From a virus (Duplodnaviria > Caudoviricetes), in the IMG/VR virus record IMGVR_UViG_3300020042_000947, positions 1 to 30,648 of that record: a stretch of DNA of 30,648 bases; one strand, given 5' to 3'. Of this stretch, positions 17,820 through 26,379 are shown piece by piece. The notes beneath the pieces were generated by a model that was not told where the DNA came from, did no database searches, and worked only from the letters and a program-made list of their open reading frames with translations. Positions within the stretch are counted from its first letter, which is position 1. Each line of letters begins with the position of its first letter. The position numbers and the translations under genes were made by a program.

Positions 17820-18637
17820 TATGCATTCTCCAATTTACGAGTATTTGTTAAGCTGGATTCATCCATAACGGCAAACCCCCTACGTAATGCAAATATTTGC
17901 GCATGGTCAGCAAACTTCTCAGCGCAAGCCTCAAGCCACTGCATAGTTGCCTCGTGGGTTGGTGCTCTACCCGATGCAAGTAAATCAGCTTCCACTTGTA
18001 AATACGCAAACATTTCAGCTTGTGCTTGAGCGCCATTGATGCCAAGCTCAAATAAATAAATCATGTTGCCTTCATCAATAACGCCATTACGGGAACGAGC
18101 CGCGCACAACGCTTGTTTTAGGCAAGTCATAATGTGATACTTAGCTTCTTCACGCTCATAATCCTCTTCAGTGATTTCCGTCTTGCCAAGTTGTTTCAAC
18201 AATTGTGAATACTGGTTAACAAAAAAATTCATTTTTCGGATAGCGCCATTTACAGAATCTTGTGTTGATTCTAAATTTGTCCCAATTTCAGTAATTTCAA
18301 TTTCTAAAAGTTCTTTGTCAAAAGGATCGGTTGCTTTTTCAAGATCTCTTTCTTTACGACGCATTTCAATTTGCTTTTTCCGCGTATTTATGTACGCTTC
18401 TTGCAAAGCCAAACGTGTTCTATGAATTTCCGCCAAACTATGTTTGATAGACCTAATGGGTGTAAGCGTTGTCACATCCAATGTGACCTGCATAAATTGA
18501 GAATGTGTTTTATGGAAATTACTAGTATCACGTATAACAGCAGGCATATGCTCATCTATGTTTTTTAACATAGCGTTATATTCTGGCTTTGTATTTACCA
18601 AAGCCGCGTTTATATTACCAATAATTAAATCATTCAA
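17819..18637 (-). CDS. Coiled-coil protein of unknown function, 272 aa
   Basis: Likely TTG start at 18637 behind a GGAG SD. The ORF-track start at 18685 overlaps the upstream gene. Long charged heptad region. Confidence 0.8.
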   Translation of the reverse strand: MNDLIIGNINAALVNTKPEYNAMLKNIDEHMPAVIRDTSNFHKTHSQFMQVTLDVTTLTPIRSIKHSLAEIHRTRLALQEAYINTRKKQIEMRRKERDLEKATDPFDKELLEIEITEIGTNLESTQDSVNGAIRKMNFFVNQYSQLLKQLGKTEITEEDYEREEAKYHIMTCLKQALCAARSRNGVIDEGNMIYLFELGINGAQAQAEMFAYLQVEADLLASGRAPTHEATMQWLEACAEKFADHAQIFALRRGFAVMDESSLTNTRKLENA

Positions 18638-18650
18638 TTTAAAAACTCCA

Positions 18651-19706
18651 TTAAGAAACAGACGCAGAACAATTTGAACAACCAAATAACGTCTGTCCCG
18701 TGTTGATTAAATCACCAAAATCTGTTGCATTGCCTGTACTTGCTATAGTTATGTAGTCAATTATATTTACCCAACTTGTAGAGTACTCATTTCCACCAGC
18801 AAATAATCCTCTTGTATCAGATGCAGAACCAACTGTACCTTGCCTACCCACTGTCAAGTTACCAAAAAACAAAGAATTCCCTGTTGTAGCCATAGTAACG
18901 TATTGGATTTGAGGATTTCCGGCGTAAAATCCACCCCAAACTGCTCGTGTAGATGAGGCTAAACCACCCATAGCGTCAGTAACTCCTGTGCGTAGATTCC
19001 CAAAAAGCGTCGCATTCCCTGTGGTCGCAATTGTTACATAATCAATAACGTCACTACCTTGCGTGTTTACATTTTGGAAGCCACCAGCAAACATGCCTCG
19101 TGTTCCATTAGACGCACCGCTTTGTCCAACACTACGCCCTTGGTAAAGATCGCCAAAGGTTGTGGTGTTTCCTGTTGTTGCGGTTGTAATGTATTGAAGT
19201 AATGCAATTTGTTGGTACCCCCCACCAATAACAGTTCGTGTTGAACTAGAGAAACCACCACAACTTTCTCTTGAATTGGAGGCGTTTCCAAAAAATGTAG
19301 CGTTACCTGTGGTTGCAAACGTAACATATGAAATTACGCTTGTAGTTGTAGTTGTGTAACCTTGCGAAAAAATAGCACGTGTAGACGACGATCCCGATCC
19401 TCCGTTTCGTGTATTTACCGCAAGGTCTCCAAAATCAGTCGTATTACCCGTAGTCGCAAATGCTGTGTACTGGATAACATTGGTAGCTGGCGCGTAACCA
19501 CCAGCAAATATTCCTCTTGGAATTAGATTTGACTTCCCATAGAAGTTATTAAGTGAAATAGCTCCAGACGGAACTCCAGCCAATGTGCGAAATGCCGTGC
19601 TGTTAATTGATGCAAGCGCAGTCGCAGACACACCCAACTCAAGGTTGATCGACTGACCAGCCGTTGCGCCACCAAAGCTAATTGGGCCAGAGCTATTCAG
19701 TGCCAT
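18651..19706 (-). CDS. Putative receptor-binding adhesin: fibre-attachment N-terminus plus six Kelch-like repeats (beta-propeller), 351 aa
   Basis: N-terminal 'SGPIS...INLELG...RTLAGVPSGAISLNNFYGKS' module, then six repeats of 'R.(I/V/M/L)F.GG....I.Y.T.ATTGN...FG(D/N)L'. TAATG coupling to the tail fibre gene. Confidence 0.75.
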   Translation of the reverse strand: MALNSSGPISFGGATAGQSINLELGVSATALASINSTAFRTLAGVPSGAISLNNFYGKSNLIPRGIFAGGYAPATNVIQYTAFATTGNTTDFGDLAVNTRNGGSGSSSTRAIFSQGYTTTTTSVISYVTFATTGNATFFGNASNSRESCGGFSSSTRTVIGGGYQQIALLQYITTATTGNTTTFGDLYQGRSVGQSGASNGTRGMFAGGFQNVNTQGSDVIDYVTIATTGNATLFGNLRTGVTDAMGGLASSTRAVWGGFYAGNPQIQYVTMATTGNSLFFGNLTVGRQGTVGSASDTRGLFAGGNEYSTSWVNIIDYITIASTGNATDFGDLINTGQTLFGCSNCSASVS

Positions 19707-21685
19707 TATTTAGCCTCCAATGCCTCAACACGTTTAGTCAGCTCGACCAATGCGGCGAATGCCAGTGCGCCAAGCTTCTCGTAGTCAACAGCCAATGAGC
19801 CATCTTCACGGGTACGCACAGCGATTGGGAACACTTTCTGTACATCTTGGGCAACCACACCGAAGTCAGCCTTCTGTACAAAGTAGCCATCAGCACCGCC
19901 CTTGGACTCAATGTATTCATCAGTCCAGTCAAACAACTTACCACCAATAGCGTTCACTGTAGCCAAAGCATCAGGGATGTCACGCACGTTCTCTTTGAAC
20001 TTGATATCAGAAGAGTAGTACGCAGTGATGTTGCCAGTGGCGTAGATTGCACCAGCGCCGGGGTCTGCTGTTGTGCCTACTGAGAAACCGCCTGCGGCTG
20101 AAATTCTGGCTCGTTCTGTTGAGCCAGTTGCAAAAGTCAAAACACCGCTTGCATTTGGCACATTAATTTGATGCCCAACACCAGACAAACCAGACACGGT
20201 GAAACTGCTGAACTGCAAAGATCGTGCGCTGATAGTGCCTCCACCAGCACGGAAGTATTCACCTTCGCTTGCCCCAATGACTTCAAGACGGGTGGCGGGG
20301 CTAGTGACACCCACACCCAAATTCCCAGACGCATCTAGCGTCATTGCTTGGGTAAAGGAGATAGCGTTTCCTGCTGTGCCTGATGCGGCGTTATACCAAG
20401 CATGAACTCCATCATCCATACCATACAAATTGGCATAATCACTAACAATGTACCTAGGTGAATTTCCTGCGTTGTAAAAAACATTTGAACCAAAAGTTGC
20501 ATTGTTGTAGGTAGTTGATGAACTTATAGAAGAAGTACCAACTTGCAAAACTTTGTAAATGCTATTCCAAGCACTCGGTGTAACACCAAGACCTAGATTG
20601 CCTGCGCTACTAAACATCAACTTGGTGTCAAATGTTGAACCACCTTGAGTAGTTGATTGTTGAATTCCAAAATCACCATAGTTAGCAATATCGCTAACAA
20701 TTCGCCAATCACGGCTTGCGGCATTTGCAGGAGAATATTTGAAACGAACAGAACCGCTATTGTCAAAAAGATTTGGAACGGCAATTGTTCCATTTACATC
20801 CAATTTGTAAGCAGGCGAACTTGTCCCAATACCCAGACCTGTCGAGGTTAGGCGCATTTGTTCTGCACCATTAACAACAAAACCATAAGAGTGATTACTT
20901 CTTGTTCCTGTGTAACCTATGCCACCAAAAGTTCCAACTTCAGTAACAATTGTTCCATTTGATGCTTGGACAAAACCAGTAGTAGAACCTTGAACAGTAA
21001 GTACGCTATACCCTGCACCAAAAGACGTAGGAGTAGTTCCTACTGCCATATTAGTCCCATCAAACACAAGCGCAGAGCCACTTGTCAGAACCTTTGAGCC
21101 GTTTAGGTAAGTAACTCCGTTTGCTGTGCCTCCACCCAGAGTCAGATTCGTACCGTCAAAAGTCAGGTTGGATGAGCCAGCCAACGAGCCACTGGAGTTG
21201 TATTGCACCTGTGTATTAGAGCCGCCAGCCGCGCCAGCCGTAGCCGTACCAACAAGCTTCACATAATCCGTGCCGTTGTAATACACCCAAGCACTCTCAC
21301 CCACAGCGATAGACACACCGGTCTGACCGGATGCTTTAAACGTCACGATACCGCCAGTGGCGGCGTTGACCACCACATACGTTTTGCTATAGCTTGGAGC
21401 CGTTACCACTTTGGCTGTTGTCAGCGTACCCGTAACCCGCACGATGGCGAACTGGGCCGTAACCGTACCCGCGCCTGTCAAGCTAGATACGATGTTGGAA
21501 GCCGAGGCATCGCCTGTTGTATTGGCCAGAGTTACCGCGCCATCATTTGTTAGCGTCAGCGTGGCTGCAATAGCGATGTTGGCGTACTGCGTAATACCGT
21601 TGTTGACGGTATCGCCCCATGTGCCGGAAAGCTCGCCTTGTACTGGAAGAGCTAAACCTAGTTGTCCCGTTGCGCCTGTAGTCAT
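19706..21685 (-). CDS. Tail fibre with C-terminal intramolecular chaperone (peptidase S74-like), 659 aa
   Basis: 'AGGSNTQVQYN..G.LAGS.NLTFDG' and repeated 'M.....GNLG(L/V/I)G..P' fibre units. 'YSSDIKFKENV...GVVAQDV..VFP.AV...LAVDY..L' chaperone with terminal coiled coil. Confidence 0.88.
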   Translation of the reverse strand: MTTGATGQLGLALPVQGELSGTWGDTVNNGITQYANIAIAATLTLTNDGAVTLANTTGDASASNIVSSLTGAGTVTAQFAIVRVTGTLTTAKVVTAPSYSKTYVVVNAATGGIVTFKASGQTGVSIAVGESAWVYYNGTDYVKLVGTATAGAAGGSNTQVQYNSSGSLAGSSNLTFDGTNLTLGGGTANGVTYLNGSKVLTSGSALVFDGTNMAVGTTPTSFGAGYSVLTVQGSTTGFVQASNGTIVTEVGTFGGIGYTGTRSNHSYGFVVNGAEQMRLTSTGLGIGTSSPAYKLDVNGTIAVPNLFDNSGSVRFKYSPANAASRDWRIVSDIANYGDFGIQQSTTQGGSTFDTKLMFSSAGNLGLGVTPSAWNSIYKVLQVGTSSISSSTTYNNATFGSNVFYNAGNSPRYIVSDYANLYGMDDGVHAWYNAASGTAGNAISFTQAMTLDASGNLGVGVTSPATRLEVIGASEGEYFRAGGGTISARSLQFSSFTVSGLSGVGHQINVPNASGVLTFATGSTERARISAAGGFSVGTTADPGAGAIYATGNITAYYSSDIKFKENVRDIPDALATVNAIGGKLFDWTDEYIESKGGADGYFVQKADFGVVAQDVQKVFPIAVRTREDGSLAVDYEKLGALAFAALVELTKRVEALEAK

Positions 21686-21695
21686 TTGTTGACTC

Positions 21696-22565
21696 CTAAG
21701 TAGAAATTACCGTCCAGCCCGAAGACTGCGTATTGTTTATATTCTGCCAGTTTGCGTTCTCGCTGTCATCAATTAACGACCAATAAAACACGCCAAAACT
21801 GCCAACATTACCCATTGCTTGACTACCTGTGATAGCAATCAACCTTGCGCCAACTGACATCGTGCCAGCAGCGCCTGCTGCAGATACACCCGACAATGCG
21901 AGCGATCTAACAGGAACATCATCACCCACTAGTCCAGAGCCAGACACGCCAGTCAGCGCAACTGTAACACCCGCACTAGCAGTACCAACCGAGCCAGTGG
22001 CCTCAACGCCATCAAGCACAAACTTGCGCACCATGGTGCCCACTTCACCAGTGGCTTCAACACCCGTCAGTGCAACTGAAACTGTGCCAATTGCAACAGA
22101 ACCAACCGCTCCGCTGCCCGCAACACCTGTGAGCGCCTTGGATACAACCCCAGCAACAGTGCCAACCGCACCTGCCGCAGAAACACCTGATACAGCCGTA
22201 CTCTGCGTATTTGCAACAGAGCCTTCTAAACCTTCAGCCTGAACACCACTGACCGCTGTCTGGAACGCCCCTGCTGCTGTACCCGCAAAGCCAACTGCCT
22301 GTACGCCCGTGACTGCAACTTCTTTGACCGGAACATCCGTGCCAACCAGACCCGAGGCGTTGACACCGCTCAGAGCAACCGTTATCGCCCCAACAGCAAC
22401 TGACCCAACCGCACCCGCGCCCGCTACGCCCGTGATAGGAACTTCATAAACAACTTCCGCCGTTACAGTACCAACAGCGCCAGACGCGGCAACGCCGGAG
22501 ATTTCAGATTGCTGACCTCCCCAGCTATTGTCGCCCCACGCCCCTGCGCCCCATGCGGTTGTCAT
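21696..22565 (-). CDS. Repetitive Gly/Val/Ala/Thr-rich virion protein with ~21-aa repeats, 289 aa
   Basis: About 11 repeats of 'V.(L/V/I)(T/S)GV.A.G.VG(T/S)V'. N-terminal WGAGAWG motif and C-terminal W-containing repeats. Confidence 0.75.
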   Translation of the reverse strand: MTTAWGAGAWGDNSWGGQQSEISGVAASGAVGTVTAEVVYEVPITGVAGAGAVGSVAVGAITVALSGVNASGLVGTDVPVKEVAVTGVQAVGFAGTAAGAFQTAVSGVQAEGLEGSVANTQSTAVSGVSAAGAVGTVAGVVSKALTGVAGSGAVGSVAIGTVSVALTGVEATGEVGTMVRKFVLDGVEATGSVGTASAGVTVALTGVSGSGLVGDDVPVRSLALSGVSAAGAAGTMSVGARLIAITGSQAMGNVGSFGVFYWSLIDDSENANWQNINNTQSSGWTVIST

Positions 22566-22567
22566 GT

Positions 22568-22594
22568 CCTGCCCTCCTGTTTAGGAGGATCAGG
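22568..22594 (-). promoter_or_regulatory. SD-sequestering hairpin (translational coupling element)
   Basis: mRNA CCUG-A-UCCUCCU-AAAC-AGGAGGG-CAGG: the stem includes the upstream UGA stop and occludes the AGGAGG SD of the 289-aa gene. Confidence 0.6.
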
Positions 22595-23051
22595 TTGTAG
22601 CTAAACGCAGCAACGCAGTAGATGTTGTATTGGCAGGCATTGTCAATGTAAACGTACCGGCAGTCACAGTCTGATCGCCAAATGTGTGTACGCTGACAGC
22701 CTTGTCAGAAGCTGATGAGTTATAAATCAACACAGCATTGAACGCCGCAGAGTTAATGGTTACGTTTGTGTATGTCAAACTTGCGCCGGGTGTCCAATAC
22801 GCAACACCCGCCGTAGCAGATGAGTTTGTAGATAACGGGGATGTGCTATTAGTCACCGTCACACCGCCAGCCGTGTAGTTTGTACCTGTCACTTCGCCCG
22901 TAGTCGAGTACACGGTTGTTGCCGCATTGATTGTGGCAGAAGAGAAATACAAAGCAGCTTTAAAAGTATTGCCTGTACCTGTGGTGAAGTTGTGCGTAGC
23001 TGTCAGCAGTTCTTGCATGAACGACGTGCACATTGCTTGGGTATTTGCCAT
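22590..23051 (-). CDS. Virion structural (tail-associated) protein, 153 aa, paralog of 23250-23669
   Basis: 'TSF.QELL...HNF....FKAALY......TTVYS...EV.GT.Y.AGG..' and 'LIYN....KAVSV..FG.......GTFTLTMP'. Confidence 0.8.
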   Translation of the reverse strand: MANTQAMCTSFMQELLTATHNFTTGTGNTFKAALYFSSATINAATTVYSTTGEVTGTNYTAGGVTVTNSTSPLSTNSSATAGVAYWTPGASLTYTNVTINSAAFNAVLIYNSSASDKAVSVHTFGDQTVTAGTFTLTMPANTTSTALLRLATT

Positions 23052-23061
23052 GATTTTTCCT

Positions 23062-23253
23062 TTACTCGAAAGAAGCTGTGGAACCTGAGAGGGCCACGGA
23101 TTGTTTTAATTGAACGTGCGCGGATCTGTGCACAAGTTCGCCATCCAACCAATACTCCACCCAAGTGGTGTACTCGTTATCATTATCAACGTTGCCTTCA
23201 CGCTTTTCAAGCAGGGCTTCGTCCATGTCGCCTTTGGTTGTCGTAACAATCAA
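23062..23253 (-). CDS. Small acidic hypothetical protein, 63 aa
   Basis: AGGAG SD with TTG start overlapping the upstream TGA; 'WVEYWLDGELVHRSAHV'. Confidence 0.75.
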   Translation of the reverse strand: MIVTTTKGDMDEALLEKREGNVDNDNEYTTWVEYWLDGELVHRSAHVQLKQSVALSGSTASFE

Positions 23254-23669
23254 TTTGAACTCCTAATTAATGAAGTGGTTGGGCCATTAGTTGGCATGGT
23301 AATGGTGAACGTAGTTGTAGAAATTTTGTCTGAGCCAAAGTCCAACACAGCAACTGACTTGTTACCTTGTGTGACGTTATAAATCAAAGCGCACCTAGCC
23401 GTGATTGCGCCTGTCCAAGAGATGTTTGGGAAGCCCACGTAGGCTGTATAACCTGAAGACGCTACCGTAATTGGTGTTAACTGTGCGCCCCCAGCCACAT
23501 ACGTGCCTGTATTAGCTACTTCATCAGTTGAACTGTAAACAGTTGTGTCTTCGTTCAAATTAGCATTAGCTGTGTACAAAGCAATCTTGATAACGTCTGT
23601 CGTCAGGTCATGAATGCCTTGGTACAACTGCGCCTTGAAGCTCGTGGTCTGGGTCTGGATAATTGACAT
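23250..23669 (-). CDS. Virion structural (tail-associated) protein, 139 aa
   Basis: 'TSFKAQLYQGIHDL...IKIALYT...TTVYS..DEV..TGTYVAGG' and 'ALIYN..GNKSVAVLDFG.D....TFTITMP'. Confidence 0.8.
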   Translation of the reverse strand: MSIIQTQTTSFKAQLYQGIHDLTTDVIKIALYTANANLNEDTTVYSSTDEVANTGTYVAGGAQLTPITVASSGYTAYVGFPNISWTGAITARCALIYNVTQGNKSVAVLDFGSDKISTTTFTITMPTNGPTTSLIRSSN

Positions 23670-23670
23670 A

Positions 23671-24336
23671 TCAAGTTACCTTCTGACGGAACTGACCAGA
23701 ACGGTAAGCGTCTTGACGCTCCATACCATCACCCAGACGTTTAGCCAATGCAAGTGCTTCCATGAACTTCTGGTTGTACAGAGCCATCATGTCTTGCTCA
23801 CCCTTCATGTAGGTATAAGCCTCAACCAGAGAACCGTACAAAAGCACAGAGTCAAAGTTATCACCAAGCCATGTAGTTGAAGCGGTGACAATCGACTGAG
23901 GGTAATAGTAGTAATGCAACTCAACTGTGTAATTGGCATCTGGCTTTGGCCCCAGAATGAACGTCAACTCAGTTGTGATTGTGCTGCCGCTGACTGTTGG
24001 GCCAAACAAAGCGTAATATCTTGGCAAACCCACATCGCTAGCGCTTGGATACGCTTGACGAATAAAGTTAACGTCTTTGTTTAACAGGTACTCGTAGTTG
24101 CCAGTAGCGTCAATGACCGCCAACGAATACGTAGCTAGATAATCATCGGGCGCACTTAAATACGGTGTTGTTGTAGATACCACGCCCGTCATGTTCTTAC
24201 GAATAGACGGAAACTGAACGCTGTTGTAAATACGCTGCTCAGCTTGCTGAACGAACACGGGAATATTAGCCACGAAATCTGCTTCCGTGTTCTCCGTGTA
24301 CGCTTGAATAGCAGCGCTGAGTGCAGTGTAATTCAT
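23671..24336 (-). CDS. Head-tail adaptor-like protein, 221 aa
   Basis: 'MNY..L...IQ.Y.E....F...IP.F...AE.RI', 'G.P.YYA', 'P.PD..Y.VELHYYY.P', 'LLYGSLVEAY.YMK' adaptor-type pattern. Confidence 0.75.
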   Translation of the reverse strand: MNYTALSAAIQAYTENTEADFVANIPVFVQQAEQRIYNSVQFPSIRKNMTGVVSTTTPYLSAPDDYLATYSLAVIDATGNYEYLLNKDVNFIRQAYPSASDVGLPRYYALFGPTVSGSTITTELTFILGPKPDANYTVELHYYYYPQSIVTASTTWLGDNFDSVLLYGSLVEAYTYMKGEQDMMALYNQKFMEALALAKRLGDGMERQDAYRSGQFRQKVT

Positions 24337-24593
24337 GCCATTGGGCCTCGTGCCATCAAACCTTTGGTAGCCGCGCCTGTACCGCGAACTTTGATACCAG
24401 TTGTTTTGGTTTCATTCTGGCCGTTGTTGTAGTTACCAACACTCATCTTCATGGTGCTAAGGCTACTAATGCTGGAATCTTTGCCGGGATTAGTCGACAT
24501 CACCAAAGGCTTGCCATTCATTTTGTGCGGTGCAGCATAAGTAGCAGCGTCGCCAACTTCTTTGCCCATAACTTTTTTACTAAATTTAGCCAT
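24333..24593 (-). CDS. Small basic virion-associated protein, 86 aa
   Basis: C-terminal 'GIKVRGTGAATKGLMARGPMA'; ATGA overlap with the downstream gene. Confidence 0.75.
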   Translation of the reverse strand: MAKFSKKVMGKEVGDAATYAAPHKMNGKPLVMSTNPGKDSSISSLSTMKMSVGNYNNGQNETKTTGIKVRGTGAATKGLMARGPMA

Positions 24594-24595
24594 GA

Positions 24596-24781
24596 TTAAC
24601 CTTTCTTTTGGTTCATTGCACGGGCCATGTTGCGACCGACTTTCATCATCGCTTCGCTGGTCACGCCAGAAGACTTTTTACCGCCTCTGGGGTTTGGTGC
24701 TGTGGGGCCGCTGTTAGGGAAGATTTGAACATCTGTCTTACCTTTTTTAGCGACGCCGTCTGCTGCTTTTTTGAATCCCAT
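24596..24781 (-). CDS. Small basic protein, 61 aa, with N-terminal 'AADGVAKKGKT' motif
   Basis: AGGAG SD. Carries the motif that forms the C-terminus of the array proteins. Confidence 0.75.
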   Translation of the reverse strand: MGFKKAADGVAKKGKTDVQIFPNSGPTAPNPRGGKKSSGVTSEAMMKVGRNMARAMNQKKG

Positions 24782-24790
24782 TTTAATCTC

Positions 24791-25219
24791 CTAAGTAACT
24801 GTTACCGTAACTGTACCAACATAAGTCGTTGCCACCAAGTAGTTTGGTGTTAAAGACGCATCAAAATTACTTGATCCACCAACCGGAGCCCAGCCCCATT
24901 GAATTTCCCTAGAACCACCTGTTACAAAACCAGCCGCATTTTGGTCGGTACTGGTTGAGTTTACTATCTGCAATCCATTCGTACCTGCCGTGTAGTAAGT
25001 CGTATCTCTACGTGGGTTACGCACAGCTTGTGGGTCGTCAACTGGATACATACCAAGTAACAACTGCGGCTGATCCGGATCCCAGCACTCAGGGCAGACA
25101 AGCAGATTGTAAATCTTAGTCTTCTGAATTTCTTTACGGAGCGCCGTTAGTTTGTACTGAAAGCCACAGCGATCGCACATGGCGATACTGTTCTTACCGG
25201 AAGCAAACCTATTGCCCAT
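24791..25219 (-). CDS. Putative Zn-binding virion/neck protein (CxxC...CxxC), 142 aa
   Basis: CDRC and CPEC pairs followed by 'DPDQPQL...DPQAVRNPR'. Confidence 0.75.
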   Translation of the reverse strand: MGNRFASGKNSIAMCDRCGFQYKLTALRKEIQKTKIYNLLVCPECWDPDQPQLLLGMYPVDDPQAVRNPRRDTTYYTAGTNGLQIVNSTSTDQNAAGFVTGGSREIQWGWAPVGGSSNFDASLTPNYLVATTYVGTVTVTVT

Positions 25220-26149
25220 TTACGTACCGCTTCCAATAAACATTTGCCTTGGTACAAACCGCAAAGAAGCATGTTCTTGATCTTCGCCAGCCGCTAACTG
25301 CCAAGCTTCGTCGTATTGAGCTTTGAGGACGTCTAAACGCCCCGCCCCTTCTGGAACTTTTAACGCCAAATAGTAGGCGAGTCCAGCAACCAAGCAGGGC
25401 AAGAAACGGAAAGGTACATCCATAGTCCGAGTGCCACCACCTGCATCATCAATACGGCGCATACGCCAGTAAACGAATTGGTAGGTTTGTGATCCATCTG
25501 GGGTCGGCCAAACAGTTACGGATGGCAAGTTTTGCGAGTAGACAGCGGCGGCAGTTGAATGCGCCACTGCGGTTGTATTATTTTGGCCACGGAAGCAGTT
25601 CATCAACTGATTGCCGCTAATGTAGCCGTACTGCACAGTTTCGTTTTCAATCAATACAAAGCCTGTAGTAGCCAAACCCACAACAGAAGTTAGCGTAATC
25701 GTAGTGTCTGTTGCAGAAATACCACCATTTAATGTAGTCCCTACGGACGATGTTTGCCCATCTAAACGCTGGAACCACACCTGAATTGGGCGGGCCTGCT
25801 GCATCTTGTTGGGAATAGTCGCATAGGTAGAAACACTAATACGGGTAATTGTTAGATCAGACTGCGTAGAAGAGTTACCCGCGCCTGTACGAATTACATG
25901 TTCTAGCAAATCCACAGTGTCGTTTGGTAGCGCGTAAGTTGCCAAACCCTGAGTAAAGGTAAGCGTCCCTTGCTCAAACGTCCACATGTTAATGCCACGG
26001 TTTGCCCAGTCAGCAAACAACAGATTCAATGAACGACGGGCTGTACGCAAGTCGTAGCCCGTGCGAAGTTCGGAGCCCGCACGCTCAAACGCTTCCTCAA
26101 CAATCTCATTGAGGTCAAGATTAAACGCTGCAACTCCAGAAGTAGTCAT
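25220..26149 (-). CDS. Head-tail connector/adaptor protein with inserted beta domain, 309 aa
   Basis: 'IVEEAFER.G...GYDLRTARRSLNLLF.DWANRG.N.WT' and 'VPFRFLPCLVAGLAYYLA.K'. Insert 'TTLNGGISATDTTITL...FRGQNNTTAVAHST'. Confidence 0.75.
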   Translation of the reverse strand: MTTSGVAAFNLDLNEIVEEAFERAGSELRTGYDLRTARRSLNLLFADWANRGINMWTFEQGTLTFTQGLATYALPNDTVDLLEHVIRTGAGNSSTQSDLTITRISVSTYATIPNKMQQARPIQVWFQRLDGQTSSVGTTLNGGISATDTTITLTSVVGLATTGFVLIENETVQYGYISGNQLMNCFRGQNNTTAVAHSTAAAVYSQNLPSVTVWPTPDGSQTYQFVYWRMRRIDDAGGGTRTMDVPFRFLPCLVAGLAYYLALKVPEGAGRLDVLKAQYDEAWQLAAGEDQEHASLRFVPRQMFIGSGT

Positions 26150-26379
26150 CTAAATCCCGCCGTTTTCTTTGCAATTGTTTTTGGTTGCGCTACAAACTGC
26201 TTTCCAGCTTTCTTGCCAGCACGCTTTGCACGTGTTGTAGCGGCATATTCTGATGGTGATAAAGACTTAATAGCTGCTTCGGGCAAGTATCTCTCCCCCG
26301 TCTTACTTGACGGTTTACCAGACTTAGTGCGCCATTTCTGGTCGCCCCAGTCTTTCAGAGACTTTTGCGGAGCTTTCAA
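26146..26379 (-). CDS. Basic protein, 77 aa, resembling the C-terminal half of DUF5872-like proteins
   Basis: 'QKSLKDW..QKWRTKSGK...ERYLP'. The TTG start overlaps the upstream TGA (TTGA). Confidence 0.75.
   Translation of the reverse strand: MKAPQKSLKDWGDQKWRTKSGKPSSKTGERYLPEAAIKSLSPSEYAATTRAKRAGKKAGKQFVAQPKTIAKKTAGFR

Noticed and set aside
18651-21685. Diversity-generating retroelement or invertible fibre cassette
   Set aside because: No reverse transcriptase, recombinase, adenine-variant template/variable repeat pair or inverted repeats were seen in the window.
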